From the IMG/VR virus record IMGVR_UViG_3300035670_013228, positions 1 through 64,000 of that record: 64,000 nt of DNA; one strand, given 5' to 3'. This stretch comes from a virus. The notes beneath the pieces were generated by a model that saw only the letters and a program-made list of their open reading frames with translations, had not been told where the DNA came from and did no database searches. Of this stretch, positions 27,272 to 38,300 are shown piece by piece (positions within the stretch are counted from its first letter, which is position 1; each line of letters begins with the position of its first letter). A program made the position numbers and the translations under genes.

Positions 27272-28444
27272 ATGATATGTAATTATCAAAACATAAACGA
27301 CTACTGCTTAAATCAATACTCTTATCAATTTATTGGTACAATATCCAATAATGGAGTTGTATCCATAGACAAGTCGGAAACTGCCCCAGTATTACGTACC
27401 GATAAAACTACTGGAGAAAATAAAGTTATCTCACAGTTTTCTAGCAATATTATCAAACCGTGCTCTAGTTCAGACGACAACGAAAGTACCACAGAATGGG
27501 AATGTTACATTATATATAGATACATAGGAAGCGGATATATTAGTGATCCTCCATTAGATACCTTAAAAAACGCTCAAATAGATATTATTAATAACTCTTA
27601 TGACAGTTCTTTAGATGAAGGTATTTTAGTAAATATTAATAATACAAATGTGATATTAGGATCAACTATGGAAGATCAGATATATTATCAAAGTATTTTG
27701 AATTATTCTCAAGCACTATACGACGACGACTCTGATGCTGTTATGCCATCTTTTAGTGATTCTGAAAATAAAGTATATTCAGTATCATACGATACTTTAG
27801 TTTCTATTTTTAAAACCTACTTCAATAAAGTAGTATATTACAAAAATCTTAAAGAATCTCTAGTCTCTCAATGCTTAAGTTGTAACACATTATCAGATAT
27901 AGAAACCTTGAATTGGTGCGACACTAAAGTTTTGGTTAGCAATATACAATCTACAAAAATAGTAACTAATGTAGAAAAAACTAGCGTTCAGAATTGTGAA
28001 GATATCACGGTTAGTGGACCACTGTGCGATCCTCCGTGCGATCCGGACAATTGCCAAAGTTGTGTGAATGGAGAATGTGTTAGCTATTGTGCAGAAGAAG
28101 AGTGTTGTAATAATGGGGTTTGTGGACCTTGTTGCTCTACTGATCAAGATTGTGGATATTGTACCGGAATGATCGGGCCTTTTCAACAATACACACAGTG
28201 CGATCCTCCTACAATTGGTGCCGGATGTCAGGATTGTGAAGAACTAGAATCGCTATGTTTCGAACTGGGCGGATCTTACTCCAGAACCGGAGGAAATCCT
28301 GATTATTGTTCTTGTAACGATGTTGTATTATTAGTAGGAACAGAAGACAACTGCACCGCTGCTAATGTGCAATATAATGGTACATTTACATTTCAACAAG
28401 GATATTGTTGTGATAATCAGTGTCAACCTGTGTCTTGTAATTAG
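27272..28444 (+). CDS. Cys-rich paralog 3
   Basis: MICNYQNINDYC start; Cys module at 28025-28126. Confidence 0.7.
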   Translation: MICNYQNINDYCLNQYSYQFIGTISNNGVVSIDKSETAPVLRTDKTTGENKVISQFSSNIIKPCSSSDDNESTTEWECYIIYRYIGSGYISDPPLDTLKNAQIDIINNSYDSSLDEGILVNINNTNVILGSTMEDQIYYQSILNYSQALYDDDSDAVMPSFSDSENKVYSVSYDTLVSIFKTYFNKVVYYKNLKESLVSQCLSCNTLSDIETLNWCDTKVLVSNIQSTKIVTNVEKTSVQNCEDITVSGPLCDPPCDPDNCQSCVNGECVSYCAEEECCNNGVCGPCCSTDQDCGYCTGMIGPFQQYTQCDPPTIGAGCQDCEELESLCFELGGSYSRTGGNPDYCSCNDVVLLVGTEDNCTAANVQYNGTFTFQQGYCCDNQCQPVSCN

Positions 28445-28450
28445 CGAATA

Positions 28451-29035
28451 TTATATATAGTATTCAAATTTTTTAGCATCAGGCTCCCACCAATTTTTTA
28501 ATTTTTCTATCATTTCAACTGTTAATACATCTTGATATTTTGGGGTGCTAGAGCCTATAGCTGGATCAAACTGATTGCTACTTAATAGCTGTCCTTTGTG
28601 ATGTAATATATCTAGACTAATTAAATGATCTTCTAAAAATTCATTTTTAATAATATAATCATATTCTAAATCTTTAATAATATCACATTGATTAGATCTA
28701 TAAAAATAAAATTCATACCATTCATTTGCTACAGCATCAACAAAATTTTTTAATTGTGTTATTGGTTGAAAAGTCATTACTTGTTCTTTTGCCATATGAG
28801 CCCATAAACTTACTAATCTTTGTAGCGGATGTCTTACCACAACAACCACCTTCCACTTAAATGGCGCTTGTGGTAAAATGATTGAATGATGATCATAATA
28901 TTTTGGATCATTTCCGCTAGGACCAATACAGAAAACTCCCCTATACGGAACTCTACATAACGTTTCAAATAGTGCTGTGCTACCAGTTTTTGGTAAAGTA
29001 ATAATTGCAGTTTGTTGTTGATATAATAATATCAT
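28451..29035 (-). CDS. Sulfotransferase (Sulfotransfer_2-like)
   Basis: 5'-PSB loop LPKTGST, 3'-PB motif VRHPLQRLVSLW, DYIIKNE.L. Confidence 0.8.
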   Translation of the reverse strand: MILLYQQQTAIITLPKTGSTALFETLCRVPYRGVFCIGPSGNDPKYYDHHSIILPQAPFKWKVVVVVRHPLQRLVSLWAHMAKEQVMTFQPITQLKNFVDAVANEWYEFYFYRSNQCDIIKDLEYDYIIKNEFLEDHLISLDILHHKGQLLSSNQFDPAIGSSTPKYQDVLTVEMIEKLKNWWEPDAKKFEYYI

Positions 29036-30630
29036 TATATTATCCTTATATTTTTACGTTTTTCCCACAATGAATGTATAACACTATCGGTATATGTGGT
29101 TTTATTCATTAATTTCATTAGTATCTGAGTTAAATCTTCTTCCCCATTAATACGATCTCTATACAATATACACCCTTGCATAGCAGACCTTACACAGTTA
29201 TCGAATATTTTACAAATAGCCTGATTATGTTCGCTCTTTTTTCGGATAGCTGCTCCATCCCATCCCACCATCTGCCCAAGATCCGGAGGAATATTAAATT
29301 TTTCTAAAGTTGTGCCACAACAGCATTTTAAACCATTTTTAGAAGCTAATCTATTATGATTAAATCTGGTATTTTCTAATGTTTCTGGAAATATTCTATC
29401 AAAACACATTATTAAATTTTTTACATTAATATTTTTAATATTATTGTCAGTATGTTCACTCACAAATAATATTTTTTGCTCCACCCCTTGTTGCTTAAAA
29501 AAATGTCCGGAACTATATCCTGTTCCATGTAAATCCACAATTGTTTTATTATTAGTGATATTTAATACATATTCTTTATACTCGTCACTATATGGATAAT
29601 AGTAACTATTTCTACAAGATTCCAACACTGGCACATTAGTATCAAAAATACTATCATATATTTGTTTCCAAAAATAACAATCTCTATAAGAAAAAACTAT
29701 ATTTTTAGGTAATAAATAACTACTATTAATAAGTAATGGAATATTGTATGATGCTTGCTCTGTCCATAGTATATACTCATCGAATCTAGACGTATTAACA
29801 GGCTGATCGATCCATTGTGCAGACATATCTTTTTTACTATATTCATCTAGCACAGTAATACTATTTTGATTTTTATACAGATAGTAGGCCGTCTCTGAAA
29901 AAATATCTTCTAATATAATTTTTTCATTATTTTCATCAACTTGATTTAGTAAATATATTTCTCCGTTTTTCTCTAGAATCCAGTAAATACCGTAACAGCG
30001 ACTTAATGATCCTTTATCAAATATTATTTCTTTATATGGAATAAAATATGGTTGGGATAGTCTAATATACTTAATCCAATATGCTAAATATGGCGAGTAT
30101 CTCTCTATAATTTTTTCAGTATTTGTTAAATAAGAAGATCCATAATATATAGTATTTATTCCATAATTTCTTGGATTTACAACATCAGAATGTAAATTAT
30201 CTCCTATATGAAAATTTATGTGATATTTTTCTTTTAGTTCATTCCATATGCTACCATCCGCTTTTTTCCCATATGTGGAATATACTTTTACATCCTTGTC
30301 TAAGCCATGATATCTTAAAATATCTAAAATTTCTTCTGATGATAAGTACATATCAGAAACAATAATATCTCCGTCTTGTATCCTATTGAAATTTTCTTTT
30401 ATAGGATAACTATATTTTTTTTCTAGTTCTAATTCTAGCGAGCTATCGCGGCCTGGTAAATGTTTGTATATTCCTTGTAAAGTTTTATTAGTAGCTATTT
30501 TTTCTGAATGAATCCTTTTTTGTACAAAATCACTATCATTGGTATTGTGTGATATAAGTTCAAAAATACTTTTTGGATAATGATAATATCTTGACACTAG
30601 CGTATCAAAACAATCCCACGAAACTATCAT
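29035..30630 (-). CDS. HAD-superfamily hydrolase (type found in polysaccharide loci)
   Basis: SWDCFDTL (motif I), IVSDMY, HIGDN..SD (motif IV). Confidence 0.8.
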   Translation of the reverse strand: MIVSWDCFDTLVSRYYHYPKSIFELISHNTNDSDFVQKRIHSEKIATNKTLQGIYKHLPGRDSSLELELEKKYSYPIKENFNRIQDGDIIVSDMYLSSEEILDILRYHGLDKDVKVYSTYGKKADGSIWNELKEKYHINFHIGDNLHSDVVNPRNYGINTIYYGSSYLTNTEKIIERYSPYLAYWIKYIRLSQPYFIPYKEIIFDKGSLSRCYGIYWILEKNGEIYLLNQVDENNEKIILEDIFSETAYYLYKNQNSITVLDEYSKKDMSAQWIDQPVNTSRFDEYILWTEQASYNIPLLINSSYLLPKNIVFSYRDCYFWKQIYDSIFDTNVPVLESCRNSYYYPYSDEYKEYVLNITNNKTIVDLHGTGYSSGHFFKQQGVEQKILFVSEHTDNNIKNINVKNLIMCFDRIFPETLENTRFNHNRLASKNGLKCCCGTTLEKFNIPPDLGQMVGWDGAAIRKKSEHNQAICKIFDNCVRSAMQGCILYRDRINGEEDLTQILMKLMNKTTYTDSVIHSLWEKRKNIRII

Positions 30631-30655
30631 AAAAAGTTGCCTTTTGTAATTTTAT

Positions 30656-30677
30656 TACTACTATATAGTAGTACACT
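30656..30677. promoter_or_regulatory. Perfect 18-bp palindrome TACTACTATATAGTAGTA overlapping a minus-strand AGTGTA box
   Basis: Palindrome at 30656-30673 in the divergent gap; TACACT at 30672-30677 is about 42 nt upstream of the HAD start. Confidence 0.45.
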
Positions 30678-30692
30678 TATAGGAGACAGCAA

Positions 30693-31265
30693 ATGAATTT
30701 AGATCATCAAATTACTATTCAGCCACCACCTTTTACAGATAATAATGGTAAATTAGTAGAACCAAAACCGTTAGTTTTTAATAGCTTAAACGTAAGCTAT
30801 ATTGATAATCCATCTTCAAAAACAGTATTTGCACACATTCAAAATATACCAAATAGGATTCTATTATTAAATCCAACAGAATACGAAATTTTTGGCGATT
30901 ATACACAAAATCAGATAGAAAATAAATTACGAGAAAAATTAGGTAACAATATAGCTAAAACTTTACGATCACTATTCCCTCAAACACTGGAAGAAAATCC
31001 TAATGGCCCAGGTACTATTCTATCCGGAATGTTTGGTACTCTTGGTATCAAAAGTTCACCAACATGCTCTTGTAAACGACACGCACTAGAAATGAACGCC
31101 AAAGGAAATCAATGGTGCGAAGATAATTTATCTACTATTTTATCGTGGTTAAAAGATGAGAGTTCCAAACGCAAAATTCCTTTCGTAGAGAGTTTAGTTT
31201 CTTTAATAGTTAAAAAAGCTATAAGAAAATCAAAACAATTAGGCTACGAAGTTAATCAAGCCTAA
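30693..31265 (+). CDS. Hypothetical protein with C-terminal GPGT...CSC...WC domain
   Basis: GPGTILSGMFGTLGIKSSPTCSCKRHALEMN..G.QWCE.N..TILSWL.DE...RKIPF; SD AGGAG. Confidence 0.7.
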   Translation: MNLDHQITIQPPPFTDNNGKLVEPKPLVFNSLNVSYIDNPSSKTVFAHIQNIPNRILLLNPTEYEIFGDYTQNQIENKLREKLGNNIAKTLRSLFPQTLEENPNGPGTILSGMFGTLGIKSSPTCSCKRHALEMNAKGNQWCEDNLSTILSWLKDESSKRKIPFVESLVSLIVKKAIRKSKQLGYEVNQA

Positions 31266-31291
31266 TCAATTAAATATACAGGCCGTATTAT

Positions 31292-31297
31292 GGTGTA
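31292..31297 (+). promoter_or_regulatory. Candidate late-promoter box GGTGTA
   Basis: Intergenic, about 41 nt upstream of the ATG at 31338. Confidence 0.45.
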
Positions 31298-31337
31298 TAA
31301 ATATATATTCATTTCATCATAAATAAAAGGCCAAAAT

Positions 31338-31856
31338 ATGTCATGGCAAATAGAAATTCCTATTATAGTTAGAACATTAATTAATGATATTAGCGACTCT
31401 AATCCAACATATTCTGATGATCGCGTCCTACAAGCAATCATTGTAGCCGCTAAATATGTTCAATTTGATGTTAATTTAGAAAAAAAATATACTCTAGACA
31501 TAGCTACTCCAACTATTACTCCTGACCCAACTATGGAAAATGATGATATTTTTATTAGTTTGGTTGCTTTGAAAACAGCCTGTATATTCGATCAAAGCAC
31601 TTTGCGCACCAAAGCTGCTCTAGAAGGTATTAGAGCTGCTCTAGGGCCAGCTAGTTTAAGTGTTGGTGGAAGTTTAGCTGGTTTAAAACTCATTATAGAA
31701 CAAGGTCCGTGTGCTGCTTATGATGAACTAACTTCTCATTGGGATGTTAAAGAGGCTACGGCCATTCGTGCTGTACTTAGTCCATTCGTTGGTAATAATT
31801 TTGATTCTAGATACTTACAGGATTATGCATATAGATCTAGATATTTTTATTCTTAA
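31338..31856 (+). CDS. Putative head-tail connector/adaptor
   Basis: VRTLINDI....PTYSDDRVLQAI helical pattern typical of gp6/gp15-like adaptors; size and context fit. Confidence 0.55.
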   Translation: MSWQIEIPIIVRTLINDISDSNPTYSDDRVLQAIIVAAKYVQFDVNLEKKYTLDIATPTITPDPTMENDDIFISLVALKTACIFDQSTLRTKAALEGIRAALGPASLSVGGSLAGLKLIIEQGPCAAYDELTSHWDVKEATAIRAVLSPFVGNNFDSRYLQDYAYRSRYFYS

Positions 31857-31871
31857 TAATAGGATTTTATT

Positions 31872-32300
31872 ATGGCAGCAGAATATAGTTTTTCTATAGA
31901 AAAAGGAACAGCATTTGTTATTTCTTTTGAATATCAAGATAGTGTAAATAGTCCCATTAATTTAACCAATTGGTGTGCTAGATTAAGATGGAAAGACAAT
32001 AATAATAATATTAAATCTTTTGTGACAAATGTTAGAAATAGTGAATATGAATTTTCTTTAGAGCCATTATTAGGTAGAATAGTATTAAAAATACCAGCTT
32101 CTCAAACGGCGCTTTATAATTTTACTAGTGCTGTTTATGATTTAGAGCTTCAAGAACCTAATGACTTGTATAGCGGAGGCGGTAAAAAAGTTTTTAGAAT
32201 TCTTCAAGGTAATATTACTCTTATAGAAAGAAATGTTCCGGAGGGTAGTGCTTTTTCTTGTAGTTTTGACCAACAAGACGATTGCGGAACCTGTGAATGA
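31872..32300 (+). CDS. Ig-like/BppU-N-like virion adaptor (paralog of 13576-14004)
   Basis: YSFSIEKGTAF...INLTNWCARL...YDLELQ...YSGGG. Confidence 0.65.
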   Translation: MAAEYSFSIEKGTAFVISFEYQDSVNSPINLTNWCARLRWKDNNNNIKSFVTNVRNSEYEFSLEPLLGRIVLKIPASQTALYNFTSAVYDLELQEPNDLYSGGGKKVFRILQGNITLIERNVPEGSAFSCSFDQQDDCGTCE

Positions 32301-35300
32301 ACCAAATAAGTATAAAAGAAATTAGTCCAGAATATAAATATCTATTAATTTCTCAAAAAGATGATTCTGAGACTATTAGCTCAACCAGGCTAGTTATTTC
32401 TGATAATTATACAAATAGAATTAGTTTTGTTAATATATCTCAAGGAGAAAAAGGCGATACTGGTCCTGTAGGCCCTCAAGGACCACCGGGACAAGATGCT
32501 TTATCATTTACTGTTTTATCTATCGGTAGTGGAGGAACCAATAATACTAACTATAGTAGTGGAAATATTTTATTTTTTGATGGTACAAAAATTACTACTA
32601 CAGAATATTCTATACAAGATATTTTAGACGAGGCTCAAACTGGAGCTAATGCTATCACTGGAATTTTGGCTGGTTCTGGTATACATAAAATACAAAATGG
32701 TAATAATGTTACTTTAAATACTAAAATTGGTGATGGTCTTCAAATAGATGCCAATAATGCTATTATTGTAGACAATTCTATAGCACGAATAAGCGATTTA
32801 ACAGCTGGCTCTATAGAGGGCATTATACCCATATCGAAAGGTGGTACTAATAATAATTTTTATACTCAAAATAGATTAATTTATTTTGATGGATTTAGCC
32901 TAAAGTCATTTCCTTTGTCTACTGGTAATTTTTTATTTAGTGGAGTTGCTGTAAATATAGTTGCCGGATCAGGATTAATAGGCGGTGGATCTTTATCTAT
33001 TCCTAGCGGAAGCATAGTAATTAATATTCCACAATCAGCAGATATTCTGGTTGAAGAAAATTCTGTTTCTTTGACCCCAACTGGTACTCCGGGAACATAT
33101 TCGAAAATAGTTACAGACAGTAAAGGAAGAGTAATACAAGGATCAAACCTAACTAATGCCGATATTATACAAATTTTAGGCTATACGCCCTTTCATGCTG
33201 GTAATGATGGAATAGGATCTAATTTAGATGCTGATTTACTAGACGGTCAACACGGATCATTTTATAGAGACGCATCAAATGTTACCGGTATTTTGAACAC
33301 CACAGTACTTCCATCCTCCGTTGAACCTGGAACATATACTAAATTTACTGTAGCATCAAACGGATTAATTTCCGGAGTTTTTTTTGCTAATCAAAATGAT
33401 ATAATATCATCCCTGGGTTTCACTCCTGTGTCTAGTACAGGAACAAAAAATATACTAGGTACAACAAATCTAAATGGCGATGTAAATATAAATGGAGAAT
33501 TATCTATATATGATAATTTACCAATACTATCGACCAATAATTCTTCTATACTACCAGATACTCCAAGAGGTATTAGTTTTATTTATGGGGGATTATTCAC
33601 TACAAAAACCGGTATAATAGCATATTATCCAGCAGAAGATCAACTTAAATTAGTTACTAATATATTTGCGTCCGGTGCCGATACAGATGGCGGTGGTAAC
33701 CAAGATGATCTTAATGGAGGAAATGCAGAATCTATATTCTTACTACAAAATCTTGATGGAGATGCTTCCACAGTATTATTGAGAGAGATTGCTGATAGTT
33801 TATATGTTAAGTTAAATGCTGATGAAGATATCAATGGTATAAAGTTTTTTAATGACAGCATCTTTTTCAGAAAACCACCGGTTCAGATTAGTAATCCTAT
33901 AGGTAATACTAATCCTCCTTTAGTAATAGGTGGAAATACAATCAAGGTTTCGAGTCTTAATGCTGATTTACTAGATGATCAACATGGTTTTTACTATCGC
34001 AACGCATCGAATATTACTGGTGCTTTCAGCTATAATAATGTCACATTCGATCATATAGAAGGTACTCATAATTTTATTCCTAGATTCAATGACACCATCA
34101 ATGATCCGGCCGGTAGAATATCTGATTCAAATTTATATCAAGACAATAGTGGAAATATTAGAACAAATGATGAAATCAATGTCATAATTGGTACGAGTAA
34201 TCCTAAAACTTCTATTAATACACTTACTGTTGGCGTTGGACATATTGTTGATGGAGATAATAACTTAGTTGTTGGAACTAATAATATAGTTTCTGGTAAT
34301 AATTCTATAGCCTTAAATAATTCATGTATAGTAGATGCAAACAATTCTATCGCAGCCCATAGTTATGGCCGAGCGTATGTTTCTAATCAAATGGCTTTAG
34401 GTGCTTTTTTAACTAAAGACGATACTAATAAAGATTTGGAGCATGGTCAAAATACTAGTATCAATATGCATTTACCTGGAACACAAGCGGGCAATACCTG
34501 GTCCGCCCTAACTCCTACAATAACAATTCCAGAAAATAAAACTTTTGCATATAATGTTGATGTTTTAATAAGTAGGGCTTTTGGAACAGGTGTTGCTCAA
34601 TATAGATTCGACAGTGGAATATTTAAAAATGCCACATTCAGAGATTCTAACAATGTTTTTACTGTAGTTAATGTAACTACTCAACCACAACTAGCTAAAA
34701 AGAATGAAGTATTTAATAATTCTCAAATCAGAAATCACTTTCATACTTTCGAACATACCAACGGATCCAGACAGCTTCAAGAAATAAGAACAACACACCC
34801 ACCCCTACAATATAATCCTGTTATTACAGAGAATACTCAATCATCATATTTTTATACAAAGATTCATAAACAATGTTCCGGTACATACTATAAAACTAAT
34901 CATGGAGATCTTGTTTTAGATGTAAATAAACCAATTTATAGTGGAATAGTAAATTTATCTGAAAATACTTATGGTATTAAAATTATATCAAAAAATCATG
35001 GCGTTAGAACAAATTCTAATGTTAATCTACTATTCGAGAATGTTACGGGCTCTCTGCTACCCCTAATAAATGATAATTACAATGTTTTTTCCGTAATCAA
35101 TCAGGATACTTTTTTTGTAGAACAACCGTATTATTCGGGTTATATCACTTATTCTTCTGGACTAAATACGGATTTTGCAACCATCACCGTAGACAACAAA
35201 AGCATATCTGCGATAGATACTAAATATCTTTCTTCAGGAATCAATGCTACTTTAACAAATAATACTATATCAAATTTATCTGATAATAACTTTATTCGTA

Positions 35301-38300
35301 ATTTAAGACTCGATACTCCGATTATTATCCAGTCTGGTTCGTATTTCTTTAATAGATTAGTAAAGAACTATAATTCAAATACTATAGTGATCAACGACCC
35401 TATTGCAACAGGCACAGGATCTCAACAATATGTTATATTAAATGGATTAATGAAAATATATCATATAGATTTTTCTTTTAATCTGTTTAAGAAAAGCAGT
35501 AAGTTTTTAGCAAAAACAAGTGTTGATGGTGATCAGATAATAACAGCCAGTTCCACCGGAGCTATTGCTAATTTTCAAGGATCAAATATATTTGGGGATA
35601 ATATATATAATTTTCCAATTATTGAATCATTCTATACAACTGGCAATGCTTTACTACAAACGTATCAAAATACACACGCTAGAACTGGTTTGGATTACAC
35701 TTCTAAACCCACGATTGTGTTAGAAAATATACCTATTCCAAAAAGATCGTCTTATGGATCCGGAATTCCCGTAAGAATAGCTCCTTTAACTAATAATTCT
35801 GGTTCGGTCTTTCTTTCTCATAAACAAACAATAAATGGTTCTTTTTCATATAATACTACTCAATTTAATCCATATAGATCAGTATATAAAAAATATGATA
35901 ATAATCATATGATGGTTTACTATACTGGTATTGATAAAAGCTTAAATCTTCCATTTACTCCTATCACTTATGAACTAGTTGACGGATTCAATTCCGCTGA
36001 TAATGATTTTTTTAGTCTAGTAAATATAAATGATAAATACTATTTACAAACAACAAATGTATTTAATTATGAAACTAAAAATATATACAATATTAGAATT
36101 AAAGCTATGGATAGGAAGTCCAAAAATTTTCTTGAAAAATCATTTACTATAACTGTTAATAATACAACAAGTCCTTATAGTTTATATAATATTCCTAATC
36201 AAGAAGTTTATATTGATAATTTATTTGATTATACTATTCTTAGTGGTGTGTTTAATGAAGAAGAAAATGGTGGTCCATTAAGTTATTCAGCCAAACTACA
36301 AGATGGTAGAGATTTACCATATTGGTTATTTTTTAACTCGAATACGACAAGATTTACAGGAGTACCTTCGTATTGTGATCTTGGCACATATAATATTAGA
36401 GTATTTGCATCTAATAATGCAGATACTATTTCCAAAGATTTTTTTATTAGGGTAAAAGATCCTACTTTCGAGACATTATCATACGAAAATAATTTTGATA
36501 CTACTATTACAAATATTACTTTAAGTTCTGACAATATTAATGAAAATTTAATTTCTGGAACTATATTTAGTGAGTTAAATGCTATAGGTTCGTATCATCC
36601 TTACATAGAATTTTTAACGGGAGAAAATTCTTTTACGGGAACTTTCTCTCAGAATTCGGATATTGTAGAATGTTTTAACAGATTTGTGTCTTATCCAACA
36701 ACAATAATATCCGGAACAGCAGGACTATTACGTAAGAATTCCTCCATCTCGGTTCCTGCGAATCTTGGACTTTCCGGTCTAATAGCTACTAATGTTTATA
36801 AGCCCTTCGCACTAACCGGCACTCCGGCACTATCAAACGGAAATATTTTTTTAACAAATGCATATAATGATTATACTGACACTTTTTTCTCTGGATTACA
36901 AATACAAACAGATCATCCTTTCCTACCTAGATTTTTTACTACCAAATTTTTTACGGATTACTATGCGAATGTAGGAGCTAGACAAGCACTAGCTTTAGAA
37001 ACGAAAGAAGACGATGTGTGGAGAGATCTTATTTTAGCAGAAAATAATGATGTTATCGTATTAACACATTCTCCATTGACCAATACATTATTATCTACAG
37101 AACTTAGAGAATTACTCGCTACAAACAAAATACCCTTAACAGACGATGAAGAAAACGATATTTTAATAGCTAATGATAGACTAACCCACAATACTATATG
37201 GTCTGTTCCATATACTGGTTGTAATAATGGACTAATAGTTGATGATCAGATTATTTTATCAACTTCTAGAAATTCCTTAATTAATCGTAGTAATATAGAT
37301 AGCTTATTAGAATTACACAATACCAACAATCCATCTGGCCTATCTCTAATGTCTGGTTCTTTTGATATAGAAGTAGAACAATGGTATATAAGAGATTCTA
37401 TATATAATCCAGTTTTATCTTTATATGGTTTTGGTTCTCCTGATTTTTGTACTTTATTAACAGAAGATAATATTGATCTTCTATCCTCAGAATCCGCAGC
37501 ACCAAGTCATATACTATCAAACAACGAAAAAGATCACGGTAGTAGAGTAATACTAGATAATTCTTATGAAATTTTAGATTCTAAATATGCAGTAAAAGAT
37601 AATGGTAAACTATTAGCTAATTCTGTTTTTGATGATCTAATATGTGAAAACCAAGACAATCTTGTTCACGACTATGCTATAGCGTCCAGATCAGGCCACC
37701 TAACCATATTATATCCCGGACATAGACAAAATTACATAACCTTAACTTTTCCAAAAATTGAGTATCATCGATTTTTAACTGAAAATGAGGAATTATTTAA
37801 TGATCAAATTGGAAATATTCTAACTACAGAATCTCGCAAAATCTCTTACGATTTTTCTTATGCTTGGGGCAAACTAATTCCTTTTGATTTATTTAGCAAT
37901 AGATACTTTATTAGAATGAATAAAAAATATTTGGGATCCAATACTACTAGTTTGGTAACATATTCGGAAACACTGCCTATTAATAATAATTATAGTATTA
38001 GCGGCCTAAAACAATACTCATACGTTAGTCAGAGTGGAGATTGTCCAGTAATAACATTTATCACAGGTGTCGGTGGATTCGAATCCACTACCTACTCCAC
38101 TGGTAATTACATCACAGGAGTGGTCGATCTATACACTGAACCCGGAACAGGTACTATTACTCTAAACTTTAATAAAGATATCAATCTAGACAGCAGAGAT
38201 ACCAACAACTTATATCTGTATAATTTTACATCTACCAATAGTAATTTGCAATTACCAGTGATTGGTCAGTATACAGATATTTCTATATTAGATTCTAATA

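Noticed and set aside
25086-28444. Diversity-generating retroelement acting on the Cys-rich paralogs
   Set aside because: No reverse transcriptase in the window, and differences between copies are not adenine-specific.
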